Shown: piece after piece, positions 1 through 9,385 of the stretch
How the letters are laid out: every line of letters starts with the position of its first letter
Position numbering within the stretch: the stretch's first letter is position 1
Assembly: GCA_963666215.2 (NCBI GenBank)
Contig: CAXWPL010000004.1
Span: 416,001-480,000 of the forward strand
Length of the DNA: 64,000 nt
Direction of reading: 5' to 3'
Source: Acidobacteriota bacterium
GTDB taxonomy: Bacteria > Acidobacteriota > UBA890 > WLXD01
The notes under the pieces: model-generated
What the model was told of the DNA's origin: nothing
Database searches by the model: none
Seen by the model: the letters and a program-made list of their open reading frames with translations, nothing else
Position numbers and translations under genes: made by a program

Positions 1-425
1 CGCAGCAACATCGTTGCCCGCACGACCTCCGCCGAGAAGTAGTTGCTCGGGGCCCTGAAGTCGGAAGTCTGTCCCACTCCAACGGCGTGACTGAGAAGGA
101 TCTTGCGCTGCAGCTCCTCGAGCTCGTCGGGATCGATCGGGATGTTCTTGAACTCGCCGAACCCGGTGGTGACCCCGTAGTCGGTAGCCGGCGGCCGCTC
201 TGCCCCGGCTTCATAATCGGATTTGCTCTTCTTGTAGGCCTCGACGCGCTTGACGAGCTCGGCGCGGACCGCTTCTACGCGCTCGCGCGCGGCAGGTGAG
301 ATGCGGATCCGGCGCCCGCCTCGAGCTACCTCGACGAGCCGGTCGAGGTTGAGGTTCTCGCCCGTCAGCTCGAGCGAGTCATCCTTGGAGTGAGCGTGAT
401 CGGGATTCGCCGGACCGTCGTTCAC
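1..425 (-). CDS. hutH: Histidine ammonia-lyase / aromatic amino-acid lyase (MIO family), N-terminal part; runs off the window edge
   Basis: Not in the ORF track. Hand translation from GTG at 425 (GTGA overlap with the hisS stop) gives LELTGENLNLDRLVEVARG...YGVTTGFGEFKNIPI...LQRKILLSHAVGVG...EVVRATMLLR, the HAL/PAL/TAL N-terminal signatures. Substrate specificity cannot be seen because the ASG motif lies outside the window. Confidence 0.85.
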   Translation of the reverse strand, partial: MNDGPANPDHAHSKDDSLELTGENLNLDRLVEVARGGRRIRISPAARERVEAVRAELVKRVEAYKKSKSDYEAGAERPPATDYGVTTGFGEFKNIPIDPDELEELQRKILLSHAVGVGQTSDFRAPSNYFSAEVVRATMLL

Positions 426-1864
426 AGCCCGCTCTCGATGCGCCCCAGCAGTGCACCGAGGCGGCTCACGAGCTCGGCCCGCGGCGCCTCGAACTGGCCT
501 GGGCGCTCTTTGATCCAGTCGGCGCGGTCCTTGAGCTCTTCCGCGCTCCTACGGCCGACGTCCATGTCCTTGATCTGGACCTGTCCCGACTCCTTCTCGC
601 GCGTCCCGTAAATCACGGCAACCGGGATGTCGCAACGGTCGGCGTACTTGAGCTGCTTGCCGATACCCCGCTCGGTGCCGAGGTAGAGCTCGGTTCGGAT
701 GCCGGCGCGGCGCAGCTCGTACGTCATCTCGAGGTAGTCGCTCGTGAGGCTCTCGTCCATGTTGATGACAAGCACCTGCGCGGTGGACCACTTGAGCTTC
801 ACGGCGCCAATGTCGACCAGCGCGGCCAACAACCGATCGACGCCCATAGAGGCACCGGTTGCCGGAATCGCTTCGCCGGTGAAGCGCTGCACAAGCTCGT
901 CGTAGCGGCCGCCGCCGAATACCGATCCGAAGCGTGGGGCGTCACGCAGGTACGCTTCGAAGACCGGGCCTGTGTAGTAGGCCAGGCCGCGAGCAATACT
1001 CAGATCGACAACCACGCGATCGTTGCCATACCCGAGAGCGGCCAGGTGGCCGGAGATGCGGTCGATGACGTCGATCTCGGCGCCGGCCTGAGCCAGGCCG
1101 GAAAACAGATCGCGTAGCTGGGCGATGACCTCGCCGCGCTCATCGGAACGAATCGCCAGAAAGAGCTCGATACGATCGACCTGTTCGCTCGTGAGGCCGA
1201 GCCCGGGGATCTGATCGCCCGATTCGTCTTTGTAGCCGGTCGTGAGCTCCAGGCGGACCTTGGCCGGCCCGATTTTCTCGAGCTTGTCGAGCACACGGAA
1301 AACGTCGGTGGACCTGTCGCGCGAGATTCCGGCGAAGTCGAGCAGCAGGTTGAGCACGCTCCGGCTCGAGAAACGAACGACGTAGTTGTCGACATCGAGC
1401 GCCGATAGCGTGTCGCACATGCCGGCGATGATCTCGGTGTCGGCAACCTCCGACGGAGCCCCCACCGAGTCAAGATCGAACTGGGTGAACTCGCGGTAGC
1501 GACCGGGGCCCGGCTTGTCGGCGCGCCAGACCGGCGAGACTTGGTAGCGGCGGAACGGCCGAGGCAAATCGACGTACTGGGAAACCACCCGCGCCAACGG
1601 CACCGTGAGGTCGAACCGCAATCCGAGCCCGCGCTCCTCTGGCTCGCGAGGATTGTCGACATGGAAGATCGACTGCTGCGCCTCATCGCCGCCGGTCCCC
1701 GAGAGCACATCGAGAAACTCGAACGCCGGCGTCTGTAACGGCACGAATCCGTAGAGCTCGTACACGCCACGAACCTTGGAGAGCATCCACTGCCGAGCCT
1801 GCATGTGATCGGGCAGTTGATCGCGAAGCCCGCGCGACAAGCCGGGAGTAACGAGATCTGACAT
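422..1864 (-). CDS. hisS: Histidine--tRNA ligase, alphaproteobacterial/eukaryote-like subtype
   Basis: LRFDLTVPLAR (HisA-type motif), motif 2 VWRADKPGPGRYREFTQFDLD, RGLAYYTG, GGGRYD, anticodon-binding domain KQLKYAD. Start taken at ATG 1864 (MSDLVTPG), because the longer track ORF runs through the tRNA gene. Confidence 0.96.
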   Translation of the reverse strand: MSDLVTPGLSRGLRDQLPDHMQARQWMLSKVRGVYELYGFVPLQTPAFEFLDVLSGTGGDEAQQSIFHVDNPREPEERGLGLRFDLTVPLARVVSQYVDLPRPFRRYQVSPVWRADKPGPGRYREFTQFDLDSVGAPSEVADTEIIAGMCDTLSALDVDNYVVRFSSRSVLNLLLDFAGISRDRSTDVFRVLDKLEKIGPAKVRLELTTGYKDESGDQIPGLGLTSEQVDRIELFLAIRSDERGEVIAQLRDLFSGLAQAGAEIDVIDRISGHLAALGYGNDRVVVDLSIARGLAYYTGPVFEAYLRDAPRFGSVFGGGRYDELVQRFTGEAIPATGASMGVDRLLAALVDIGAVKLKWSTAQVLVINMDESLTSDYLEMTYELRRAGIRTELYLGTERGIGKQLKYADRCDIPVAVIYGTREKESGQVQIKDMDVGRRSAEELKDRADWIKERPGQFEAPRAELVSRLGALLGRIESGL

Positions 1865-2054
1865 AGGTGGTTTGCCTGACTGAATGGCGGTCGTCAGGAC
1901 CGCGGCGCTCCGTGCGGCAGTGCAGTACCGCGCAGGACTGGAGCCGCTCGCGTCGGGGTACCGAGAGCGACGCGGCGGCGGTTGAAGCTCGAACAGAGTC
2001 AAGAATCGGTCACGCGTGCCCCGAGCATGAGCGGGACGCGGACCGAAGTTGGAG

Positions 2055-2127
2055 TACCGGCGACGGGACTTGAACCCATGACCTCCTGATCCACAATCAG
2101 GCGCTCTACCAGCTGAGCTACGCCGGC
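2055..2127 (-). tRNA. tRNA-His (anticodon GTG), G1:U72 and A73, CCA not encoded
   Basis: Minus strand folds as GCCGGCG TA GCTC AGCTGGTA GAGC G CCTGA TTGTGGA TCAGG AGGTC ATGGG TTCAAGT CCCGT CGCCGGT A: a full 73-nt cloverleaf, followed by CTCCA. Confidence 0.95.
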
Positions 2128-2250
2128 CCCAGGGCCAAACTACGGGCGCTAGTGTAGCGGTAAAACAAAGTCTCCGACGCGCCAATCACCCGGCGGATTG
2201 GCAGCGAGCATCGAGGCCTCGGGAAGTTGAACCACGTACAATGCGCAGCC

Positions 2251-2844
2251 ATGAAAATCATCCCGAACGCTCGTGCGTGCGCCCTCGTGGCGCTTCTGGT
2301 TTCGATCGGCTGCCAGCCGCAGCAGCAACCCGAGCCCGCTGCCGCGGCGGACCCGGTGACCACGGTGATCTACTTGATGCGTCACGCCGAGACGCTATTG
2401 CCGCCACCCGAGGACGCGCCGCGTGACCCGCCGCTCAACATCATGGGACAAGAACGCGCCGACGCGTTGGCGCGACTGCTGTCGAGCGAGCCCATCACGC
2501 AGATCTTCAGCACCGAGTTGCGGCGCACGCAGGAAACTGCGGCACCGCTCGCCGCCCGGCTCGGGATCGCGGTAGCCCCGTACGATCCGTCCGACCTGGA
2601 AACGTTCGCCGGGGTGCTCAAGGCAGCATCAGGCCGCGTTGTGGTATCCGGGCATAGCAACACCACGCCGGTGCTCGTCGGATTTCTCGGGGGAGAGCCC
2701 GGAGAGCCGATCGACGAGAGTGTGGAGTACGACCGGCTGTACACGGTGATCGTCCGCAACGGCGAGGTGGTGACGACGCTGCTTCAGCGCTACGGAGATC
2801 CGCTACCCGACAACTGGCAGGAGCTGGCTTCGACGCGACGTTGA
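2251..2844 (+). CDS. Histidine phosphatase (SixA/phosphoglycerate mutase-like) family lipoprotein
   Basis: Lipobox-like VSIGC after a hydrophobic stretch; IYLMRHAE catalytic motif, RTQETA, SGHSNT. Confidence 0.85.
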   Translation: MKIIPNARACALVALLVSIGCQPQQQPEPAAAADPVTTVIYLMRHAETLLPPPEDAPRDPPLNIMGQERADALARLLSSEPITQIFSTELRRTQETAAPLAARLGIAVAPYDPSDLETFAGVLKAASGRVVVSGHSNTTPVLVGFLGGEPGEPIDESVEYDRLYTVIVRNGEVVTTLLQRYGDPLPDNWQELASTRR

Positions 2845-2853
2845 GTCAGGCAA

Positions 2854-3468
2854 TCACTCGGGGCGGGGCCGCTGCAGGATGCACACGATCTCGTCGCCAC
2901 CGAACGCCGTGTCGCCGACCGTCATGCCGAGCAACTCGAATCCCTCCGCGCCGGCCTCGGAGAGCTCTTTCTCCATCGTTGACGTTCGATTCGTGGCGAG
3001 CAGCAGGTACTCGTGCGGCACGGGCTCCGAGAACAGATCGAGCTCGACGATCACGGCGACCTCGTTGCCGCCCCAGAGGCTGTCGAAAACCGTCTGGCCT
3101 CGATAGCGGAAACCTTCGGCACCGACCTCATTGAGCTCCTTTTGCATGGTCGAGGTGCGCTGTGTGGCCTGGAGCTTGTACTCGTAGCGCCGCTCGTGGG
3201 GGGTGTCGGGCGATCGAACAACGGTTGCCACAACCTCATCCCCGCCGTGGGCAGTGTTGCCGCCCATCACGTTGGCGAGCCGAAACCCCTCGCCGGCCGC
3301 TTCGTTGAGCTCCTTCTCCAGAGTCGACGTCTTCGTTGTTGCGAGCAGGCGATACTCGTAGGCGGTCTCGACAGCCGCGACCGTCGGCGCGAGCGCTAGG
3401 GTGGATGCGGCACCGAACGAGCCGAGGGCCGAAACGAGCAAAACAGGAACCAGCAGCGCTACAGGCAT
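2854..3468 (-). CDS. Secreted protein with three tandem DUF4177-like repeats
   Basis: Signal peptide, then three copies of (Y/H)EY.L(L/Q)AT..TST(L/M).KEL.E...EGF; GGGAGA RBS before ATG 3468. Confidence 0.7.
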   Translation of the reverse strand: MPVALLVPVLLVSALGSFGAASTLALAPTVAAVETAYEYRLLATTKTSTLEKELNEAAGEGFRLANVMGGNTAHGGDEVVATVVRSPDTPHERRYEYKLQATQRTSTMQKELNEVGAEGFRYRGQTVFDSLWGGNEVAVIVELDLFSEPVPHEYLLLATNRTSTMEKELSEAGAEGFELLGMTVGDTAFGGDEIVCILQRPRPE

Positions 3469-3513
3469 GGAGTTCTCCCGGCGAAGCAAGGTCGGCGGAG
3501 CGGAGCAGAGGAC

Positions 3514-4287
3514 GTGAAAGAACAGTCTACCGGGGGAGCTGAGTCTCCCGCAGGTCCCCGAGCGCTCGGGACGCCGCCGGCGACCTCACGGACTTCGAAC
3601 GGCAACCGACTCGTCGGCATCTTGGCGCTGGCGGCCGTCGCTGCGGCAGTGGCGATAGCAGCGCAATCATGGGCTGCCGGCGGCCTGCTGGCGAACCTGT
3701 TGCGAGGCGATCTCGGCGCCTCGGCCAAGGTCAACCTGCTGCGCGCCGGTTTCCTGGAGTTCGGCCTCCTGGCTCCGCTCGTGTACGTCGCGTTCAGGAC
3801 CGTCGAGGTCGTCGTCGCGCCCATTCCCGGCACGCTTCTCTACGCGCCCGGCTGAGCGCTCTTCGGCGGCTTCTGGGGAGGGCTGCTATCGCTCGTGGGC
3901 AACGTGATCGGCGCCGGAGTGGCGTTTCTGGCCACGCGTCACCTGCTGGCGCCGCGTCTCATCGGCAACGAGGGCAAGCTCGCGAGCACCGCCGAACGCC
4001 TGTCGCGTCACGGTTTCTGGGTGGTGCTCTTGCTGCGCGTCAACCCGCTGACCTCATCGGACTTCGTCTCGTACGCCGCCGGCCTGACGTCGATGTCGCT
4101 GCCGAGGCTGCTCACAGCGACAGGTCTCGGGATGGCGCCGCTCTGCTTCGCCCAGGCATATCTCGCGGAGAGCTTGCTCGAATCGATGCCCTGGCTGCTG
4201 TACCCGCTGATCGTCGCCGGTGTCGCCTACGTGGTGTGGGCGGTCGTTGTGGTGAAGGCTCTCGTACGGCAGTCGCCGGACGACTGA
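3514..4287 (+). pseudogene. TVP38/TMEM64 (VTT/DedA-like) membrane protein interrupted by an in-frame TGA at 3853-3855
   Basis: VVVAPIPGTLLYAPG*ALFGGFWGGLLSLVGNVIGA continues in frame to LLRVNPLTSSDFVSYAAGLT; the TGA sits where GGA (Gly) is expected. Confidence 0.75.
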
Positions 4288-4289
4288 GG

Positions 4290-6185
4290 CTATTCCTCCG
4301 GTATGACTGGCAGGATCAGATGCGAGGGGTGCTCGGCCGAATGATGCACCGCGTTCCGGGCCACAACCCACTCGGTCTCATCAAAGTTGTTGCCGCCCGT
4401 GTTGAGGTTGCGCTCGTAGAGCGGGAAGTCGCTGCTCGACACCTGCAGCCGAATCCTGTGTCCCGCCGCGAAGTAGTTGCTGCTGGCGTCCAGATCGATC
4501 TGAATCTTGTAGACGCCGCCCTCTTCCATCCAGACCTTTCGATCAAAGCCGTCGCGATAACGCGCGCGGAGGACGCTGGTCTGGATGTTGTAGGCCGTGC
4601 CGTCGGGGTACACGTCAACGAGCTTGCTGGTGAAGTCGGTGTCCTTGGCCGACGACGAGACGTAGAGAACAGCCGTGATCGGGCCGGTCACCTCGATCCC
4701 TTCCTCGAGCGGCGGCGTTGTGTACACCAGCACGTCGTTGCGAATGTCGACGGTCGCCTGGTCGACCGCCCCCGACGACGTACCCCATGAGGTGCCCCTC
4801 TGACCTCCCACCGAGGGCACGGGACGCGCTGGGTCGTAGATGAAGGTGTCCGGCGGCCGGTCCCCCGGCGGATCAATAGAGAGACTGCCATCGCCATAGC
4901 GGCTGTTGGCGCTGCCGTCGCTGTGGAGGTAGAAGTTCGTGTACCGCGTCTCGGGCAACGGCCACGCATCCGCCGAGCCCCACTCGTTACGACCCATCGT
5001 GTAGTACTGGACCTTCGGCATGTCGGTAATACCGTTGTCCTTGCCCTTCAGCCAGTGCTCGAACCAGTCGATGTAGATGCGGTAGTACTCGAGCCGGGCA
5101 TCACCAACATCGCGATCGCCGACCATCGTGTGCGCCGTTGCCTGCTCATAGCTGCAATGTGTCGTCGGCGCGACGATCAGAAACTGGTTCTCGGCGGCCG
5201 TCTGCGACACCGCGTTCTCCCTGAACAGATTGAACTCGTAGATCGTCTCGGCGACGCTGATGTCGTACCAGGAGCTCACGTGCAGCGCCGGCACACTGAT
5301 CTTCTCGGTGCCGTCGTAGTAACCCATCACGTCGTGCCACCACGGATCGTCGAATCCGCGCTCAACCAGGTGGAGCCAATCGTTGGGCGGCGCTCCCGCC
5401 TTGTCCATGATGTCAACCAACGGCAGCGTCCAGACGAGCTTCTCCCAGTCTGGCTCCGGCGCCTCGGTAGCCTCGGGATCGTAGAGCTCGCGAATTCTGC
5501 GAACCTCGGCGTCGGACAGACCGGGCGGCGGCTTGAACGAGTACTTGTTGCCGGTTCGGAAGTACCACGGCAGCGTGACGGCGAAGTCGAGCACCCCACC
5601 CTTGAAGCCCGACCAGTAGCGGTAGCGACCGTTGGCGGCACCGATCATCGGACCGTTCCTCGGAATCATGGTCGTCAGGTTGGGGTGACGCAGAGGCGCG
5701 GTGGCGGCTTGTACCTCGGCGGGATACGAGCAGCCGTGCATCCCCACCCTGCCGTTCGACCACGGCTGCTTGGCGATCCAATCGACGGCGTCGTAGCCAT
5801 CGACGGCCTCGCTCCCGGCCGGCGGTGAGTAGATCCCCTCCGACTCGAACTTGCCGCGGCTGTCCTGGACGGCAACCACGAAGCCGTGCGACGCGAACAT
5901 GTACGCGTCGTCGTTCTTCGCGTCCCTGAAGGTGTTCTTGTTGTACGGCGTTCGGATGAGAACTACCGGGAGCTTGTCGTCCGGAATCTCGGGAAAGTAG
6001 GGATCGGTGGCCAAGCGCACACCGTCGCGCATCGGCACCATGTGGCTCTTCTCGAGCCGGACGTCGTTCATCGAACCGGGTCTTTGGATCGGTCCGGAGG
6101 AGTCCTGTGGCGCTGCCTGCTGGCGCGGCAGAAGGACGAGTAGAGGAACGACTGTCAGTAGCCACCAGCGCTTGCGCATGATCAT
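4290..6185 (-). CDS. CocE/NonD family (peptidase S15) alpha/beta hydrolase, secreted
   Basis: VPMRDGVRLATD, RTPY, QDSRGKFESEG, GCSY nucleophile elbow, FAAGHRIRLQVSSSDFP C-terminal motif, signal peptide. Confidence 0.92.
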   Translation of the reverse strand: MIMRKRWWLLTVVPLLVLLPRQQAAPQDSSGPIQRPGSMNDVRLEKSHMVPMRDGVRLATDPYFPEIPDDKLPVVLIRTPYNKNTFRDAKNDDAYMFASHGFVVAVQDSRGKFESEGIYSPPAGSEAVDGYDAVDWIAKQPWSNGRVGMHGCSYPAEVQAATAPLRHPNLTTMIPRNGPMIGAANGRYRYWSGFKGGVLDFAVTLPWYFRTGNKYSFKPPPGLSDAEVRRIRELYDPEATEAPEPDWEKLVWTLPLVDIMDKAGAPPNDWLHLVERGFDDPWWHDVMGYYDGTEKISVPALHVSSWYDISVAETIYEFNLFRENAVSQTAAENQFLIVAPTTHCSYEQATAHTMVGDRDVGDARLEYYRIYIDWFEHWLKGKDNGITDMPKVQYYTMGRNEWGSADAWPLPETRYTNFYLHSDGSANSRYGDGSLSIDPPGDRPPDTFIYDPARPVPSVGGQRGTSWGTSSGAVDQATVDIRNDVLVYTTPPLEEGIEVTGPITAVLYVSSSAKDTDFTSKLVDVYPDGTAYNIQTSVLRARYRDGFDRKVWMEEGGVYKIQIDLDASSNYFAAGHRIRLQVSSSDFPLYERNLNTGGNNFDETEWVVARNAVHHSAEHPSHLILPVIPEE

Positions 6186-6380
6186 CCTCCTGCGATGCGG
6201 GGGTCCGTTGCTGGCTGCGGAATCTAGCTCTTGCCCGCCACGGATACAACGGATGCAACGAGCTCGGTCACGACGAGCGGAATGAGCCGAGCGGCTGGTG
6301 CGCGCAGCGCGCGGTCGATCGACGGCGTCACTCCTGCCGCAAGGCGTCGACCGGGTCGGTGCGCAGCGCGCGCAGAGCGG

Positions 6381-6764
6381 GTCGTGGGTGCCGGCGTGGC
6401 GTTTCTAGCCACGCGTCAGCTGTTGGCGTCGCGCCTCATCGGCGATGAGAGCAAGCTTTCGAGCACCGCCGAGCGTCTTTCACGGCATGGTTTCTGGGTG
6501 GTGCTGTTGCTGCGCGTGAACCCGCTGACTTCGTCCGACCTCGTGTCGTACGCCGCCGGCCTGACATCGATGTCGCTGCGAACGTTGCTCACCGCCACCG
6601 GCCTCGGAATGGCACCGCTCTGCTTTGCCCAGGCGTATCTCGCCGAGAGCCTGCTCGAGTCGATGCTGTGGTTGCTGTACCCGCTAATCGTTGCGGGTAT
6701 CGGCTACGTGGTCTGGGCCGTCGTCGCTGTGAGGACCTTGGTAGGGAATTCGCAAGCTGACTGA
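6381..6764 (+). pseudogene. Second, 5'-truncated copy of the TVP38/TMEM64 3' half
   Basis: Collinear, gap-free paralog of 3904-4287 (GAGVAFLATR.LLA.RLIG.E.KL.STAERLSRHGFWVVLLLRVNPLTSSD); no homologous 5' half upstream. Confidence 0.75.
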
Positions 6765-6808
6765 CTTTCGTGCACCCGGACTTGCCGCCGCGGGCTCTCA
6801 GATATTAT

Positions 6809-6823
6809 TTTCCAATCTGGAAA
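6809..6823. promoter_or_regulatory. Putative PadR operator palindrome TTTCCA-ATC-TGGAAA
   Basis: Perfect 6-3-6 inverted repeat in an AT-rich island just upstream of PadR-1. Confidence 0.5.
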
Positions 6824-6880
6824 TAAATTCCTGATTCCCACTGCCTACCTGGCAACTCCCGCCTGCACGAGAGTTCGCGC

Positions 6881-7230
6881 ATGAACATCACCGTCTTCAG
6901 GATTCTCGCCGCACTGACGCCGGCGGAGCTCGACGCGCCGGCGATTCTGACTGCCATCGGCCGGCTCGATCCTGGCGGCCGGCCCTCACATCGTTCTATC
7001 GGTCGCTCAACGCGGCTGTGGAAGCGGGCTGGATCGAGATCGTCCGCGCCGATCCCGACACGGAAACCCAAACCGCGAACGAGCCCAGCGGTCGAGGTCG
7101 ACCCAAGCAGGCATATCGCCTCACAGAGACCGGCCAGCACGCCACGCGAGCGGAAGCGGAACGGTTGGCGGCGCTGGCGGCAGCCGCCATCGACGCCCTA
7201 CCGGCCGGACGCTCGAGAGACTCGCGTTGA
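6881..7230 (+). pseudogene. PadR family transcriptional regulator (PadR-1), frameshifted near 6990
   Basis: MNITVFRILAAL... in one frame; FYRSLNAAVEAGWIE...GRGRPKQAYRLTETG...AEAERL in another. Confidence 0.7.
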
Positions 7231-9290
7231 CGACGTCGCCAGATCGACTCGCGCTGGGCGAACACATCTTTCGTGCGATCTGTGGCCTGTATCCGGCGAC
7301 CTTCCGCGAGCGTTTCGCCGACGACATGTTGGCGACGTTCCGCGAGCAAGCCACCCGTGCCGCCGCGAGCTCGCGAACGGCCGGCATGGCGGGTCGCGCG
7401 CAATTCGCCACGTTCGTAGTGGCGACGTGTTTTCGGGGATGCGTCGCTGCCGTTAGTGAGCACGCCAAGCGCTGGTCGCTGATCGCGTCGCCGGTCGCGG
7501 CCGTCCACGGTCTGCTGGCCGACCTGGGATTCGCTGCGCGCTCGCTGCGCAGCGACCCCGGATTCGTAGCGGTAGCGGTGCTCACGCTGGCGCTCGGTAT
7601 CGGCGCCAACACGACGATCTTCAGCGTGGTGCACGGAGTGCTGCTGAGGCCGCTTCCCTACCGCGACGCCGACACGCTCGTGCTCGTCGGACAAGAACGC
7701 GGAGAAGGCTCGGGCGCGCGAGGCCCTGTGTCGGACATCGAGTATCTCGCCTGGAACGATACCGATGCGTTCGAACAGTTGGCCTCGTACTTCGAACAGT
7801 TGGCCTCGTACATGGTCGACACCGCGCGAGTGAAGGTCGCGCAAGACGGCAGTGGTGTTCAAGTGCTGTCGTCACGCGGCACCTGGAACCTGCTCGAGCT
7901 TCTTGGGGCACCGCCAGTCGAGGGACGACTTCCCGCAGCAAGCGACGTCGCTACCGATGCGAACGCGGTGGTCATAGGGTTCGGGCTTTGGCAACGCCTA
8001 TTCAACGGTGACGTCGCGGCTGTCGGCCGAACGCTCCACGTCGACGGCGACGCACACCGCATCGTCGGTGTCATGGCGGAGGGCTTCGAGTTCCCGCTCG
8101 GCGTCGAGCTCTGGCGTGTACGGCGGCCGCTTGCCTCGGGCCCCGGCGCCGGCTGGAGCGCCAGCGAAGTCGTTGGTCGTTTGCCTGACAACGCCAACGT
8201 CCAGGCACTTCGAAGCCGGCTCGAAGCGATCGACGTGCGCGAAGTCAACGGTCCACGCTCCAAGGTTCTCGTCGAGCCGGTAACCAACGCGTTCGTTGGC
8301 GCAGCCAAGCCGATCCTGGTGTCGCTGGCCGGCGCCGTGAGCTTCGTCCTGCTCATCGCCTGCGCCAACGTCACCAACCTCTTGCTCGCGCGAAACGCCA
8401 GCCGCCGCCGCGAGGTGGCCACACGCGCCGCGCTCGGTGCCGGCCCGTCGGCGCTTATTGCAGCAGCTGTTCGGTGAGACCCTCATCTTGTCGCTGCTTG
8501 GCTGCGCGGCCGGACTCGGCCTCGCCAACGTCGGCGTGAGGCTCTTGCTCGCCTACGAGCCCGGCAGCATCCCGCGAACCGACGGCGTCAACCTGAATGT
8601 CTCGGTGCTACTCGCCACTCTGGCGGTCTCGGTGGCTACCGGGGTTCTCGTAGCAATCCCGGCGGCAGCGAAGGCCTTGTCCACCGACATTGCGGCAACC
8701 CTCAACAGTGGCGGTAACCCCGGCGCGCCATCCGGGGGCGAGAGGCCGCTTGCCCGGGCGCTCCGCAGAATCGGGCTGCCCGTCGCCATCAACGTGGGGC
8801 CGAACGGCCTTCTCGTGGTCGCCGAGATCGCGCTCGCCATGGTGCTGCTCGTGGGCGCCGGGCTGTTGCTGAACAGCTTTCTGCGCCTCGCCTGGCTCGA
8901 CCCGGGCTACGACGCTTCCCGCGTTGTCGCCATCACGCTGAGAGCCGACCCCGACGCCGCGCAGCCGCTGCACGAGGCCGCTCTCGACTAGTTCTGAGCT
9001 ATCGCGTGCGCCTGGCGCGACACGAGATCGGCGTACGCATGGCCCTGGGCGCTGGCCGCCGCCGCATTGTTGGCCACGTTGTGCGGCAAGGCATGACTCT
9101 CTCGGCAATCGGCGTAGCGCTGGGGCTGGGCGCTGCACTCGCGATTTCGCGCCTGCTACGCAGCCGTCTCTATGACATCTCGGCGACGGACCTGTCGACG
9201 TATGTCGCGGTCTCCGTCGTCCTCCTGCCTGGTCGCGTTGATCGCCTGCCACGTGCCGGCGCGCCGAGCCGCCGGTGCAGATCCGCGTGA
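7227..9290 (+). pseudogene. ADOP/MacB-FtsX family ABC transporter permease, fragmented
   Basis: LYPATFRERFADDM prefix, PGFVAVAVLTLALGIGANTTIFSVV, LLIACANVTNLLLAR; frameshift near 8450, stop at 8991, missing second periplasmic domain, C-terminal fragment HEIGVRMALGA at 9006-9290. Confidence 0.85.
7770..7811 (+). repeat. Perfect 21-bp tandem duplication (FEQLASY x2)
   Basis: ttcgaacagttggcctcgtac repeated at 7770-7790 and 7791-7811. Confidence 0.95.
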
Positions 9291-9385
9291 CGTGATGTAG
9301 GCGGCCGCGTCGACAGACTGTTCAACCAGGAGCGCGTTCCACCGACGACGCTTTGAAACTCATCCCTCGAGAAAGAAGATTCACG

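Noticed and set aside
2055-2127. tRNA as an integration site for a genomic island or prophage
   Set aside because: No integrase, no phage genes and no duplicated tRNA 3' end seen in the window.
1865-2185. N-terminal 107-aa extension of the hisS ORF
   Set aside because: It reads through the tRNA-His gene; HisRS homology starts at MSDLVTPG (1864).
2251-2844. Histidine phosphatase as part of the histidine cluster
   Set aside because: The name refers to its catalytic His; it is a divergently encoded lipoprotein with no evident link.
3853-3855. In-frame TGA in the TVP38 gene as selenocysteine
   Set aside because: The position corresponds to Gly (GGA) in PGG.LFG, there is no redox context, and I see no SECIS-like hairpin.
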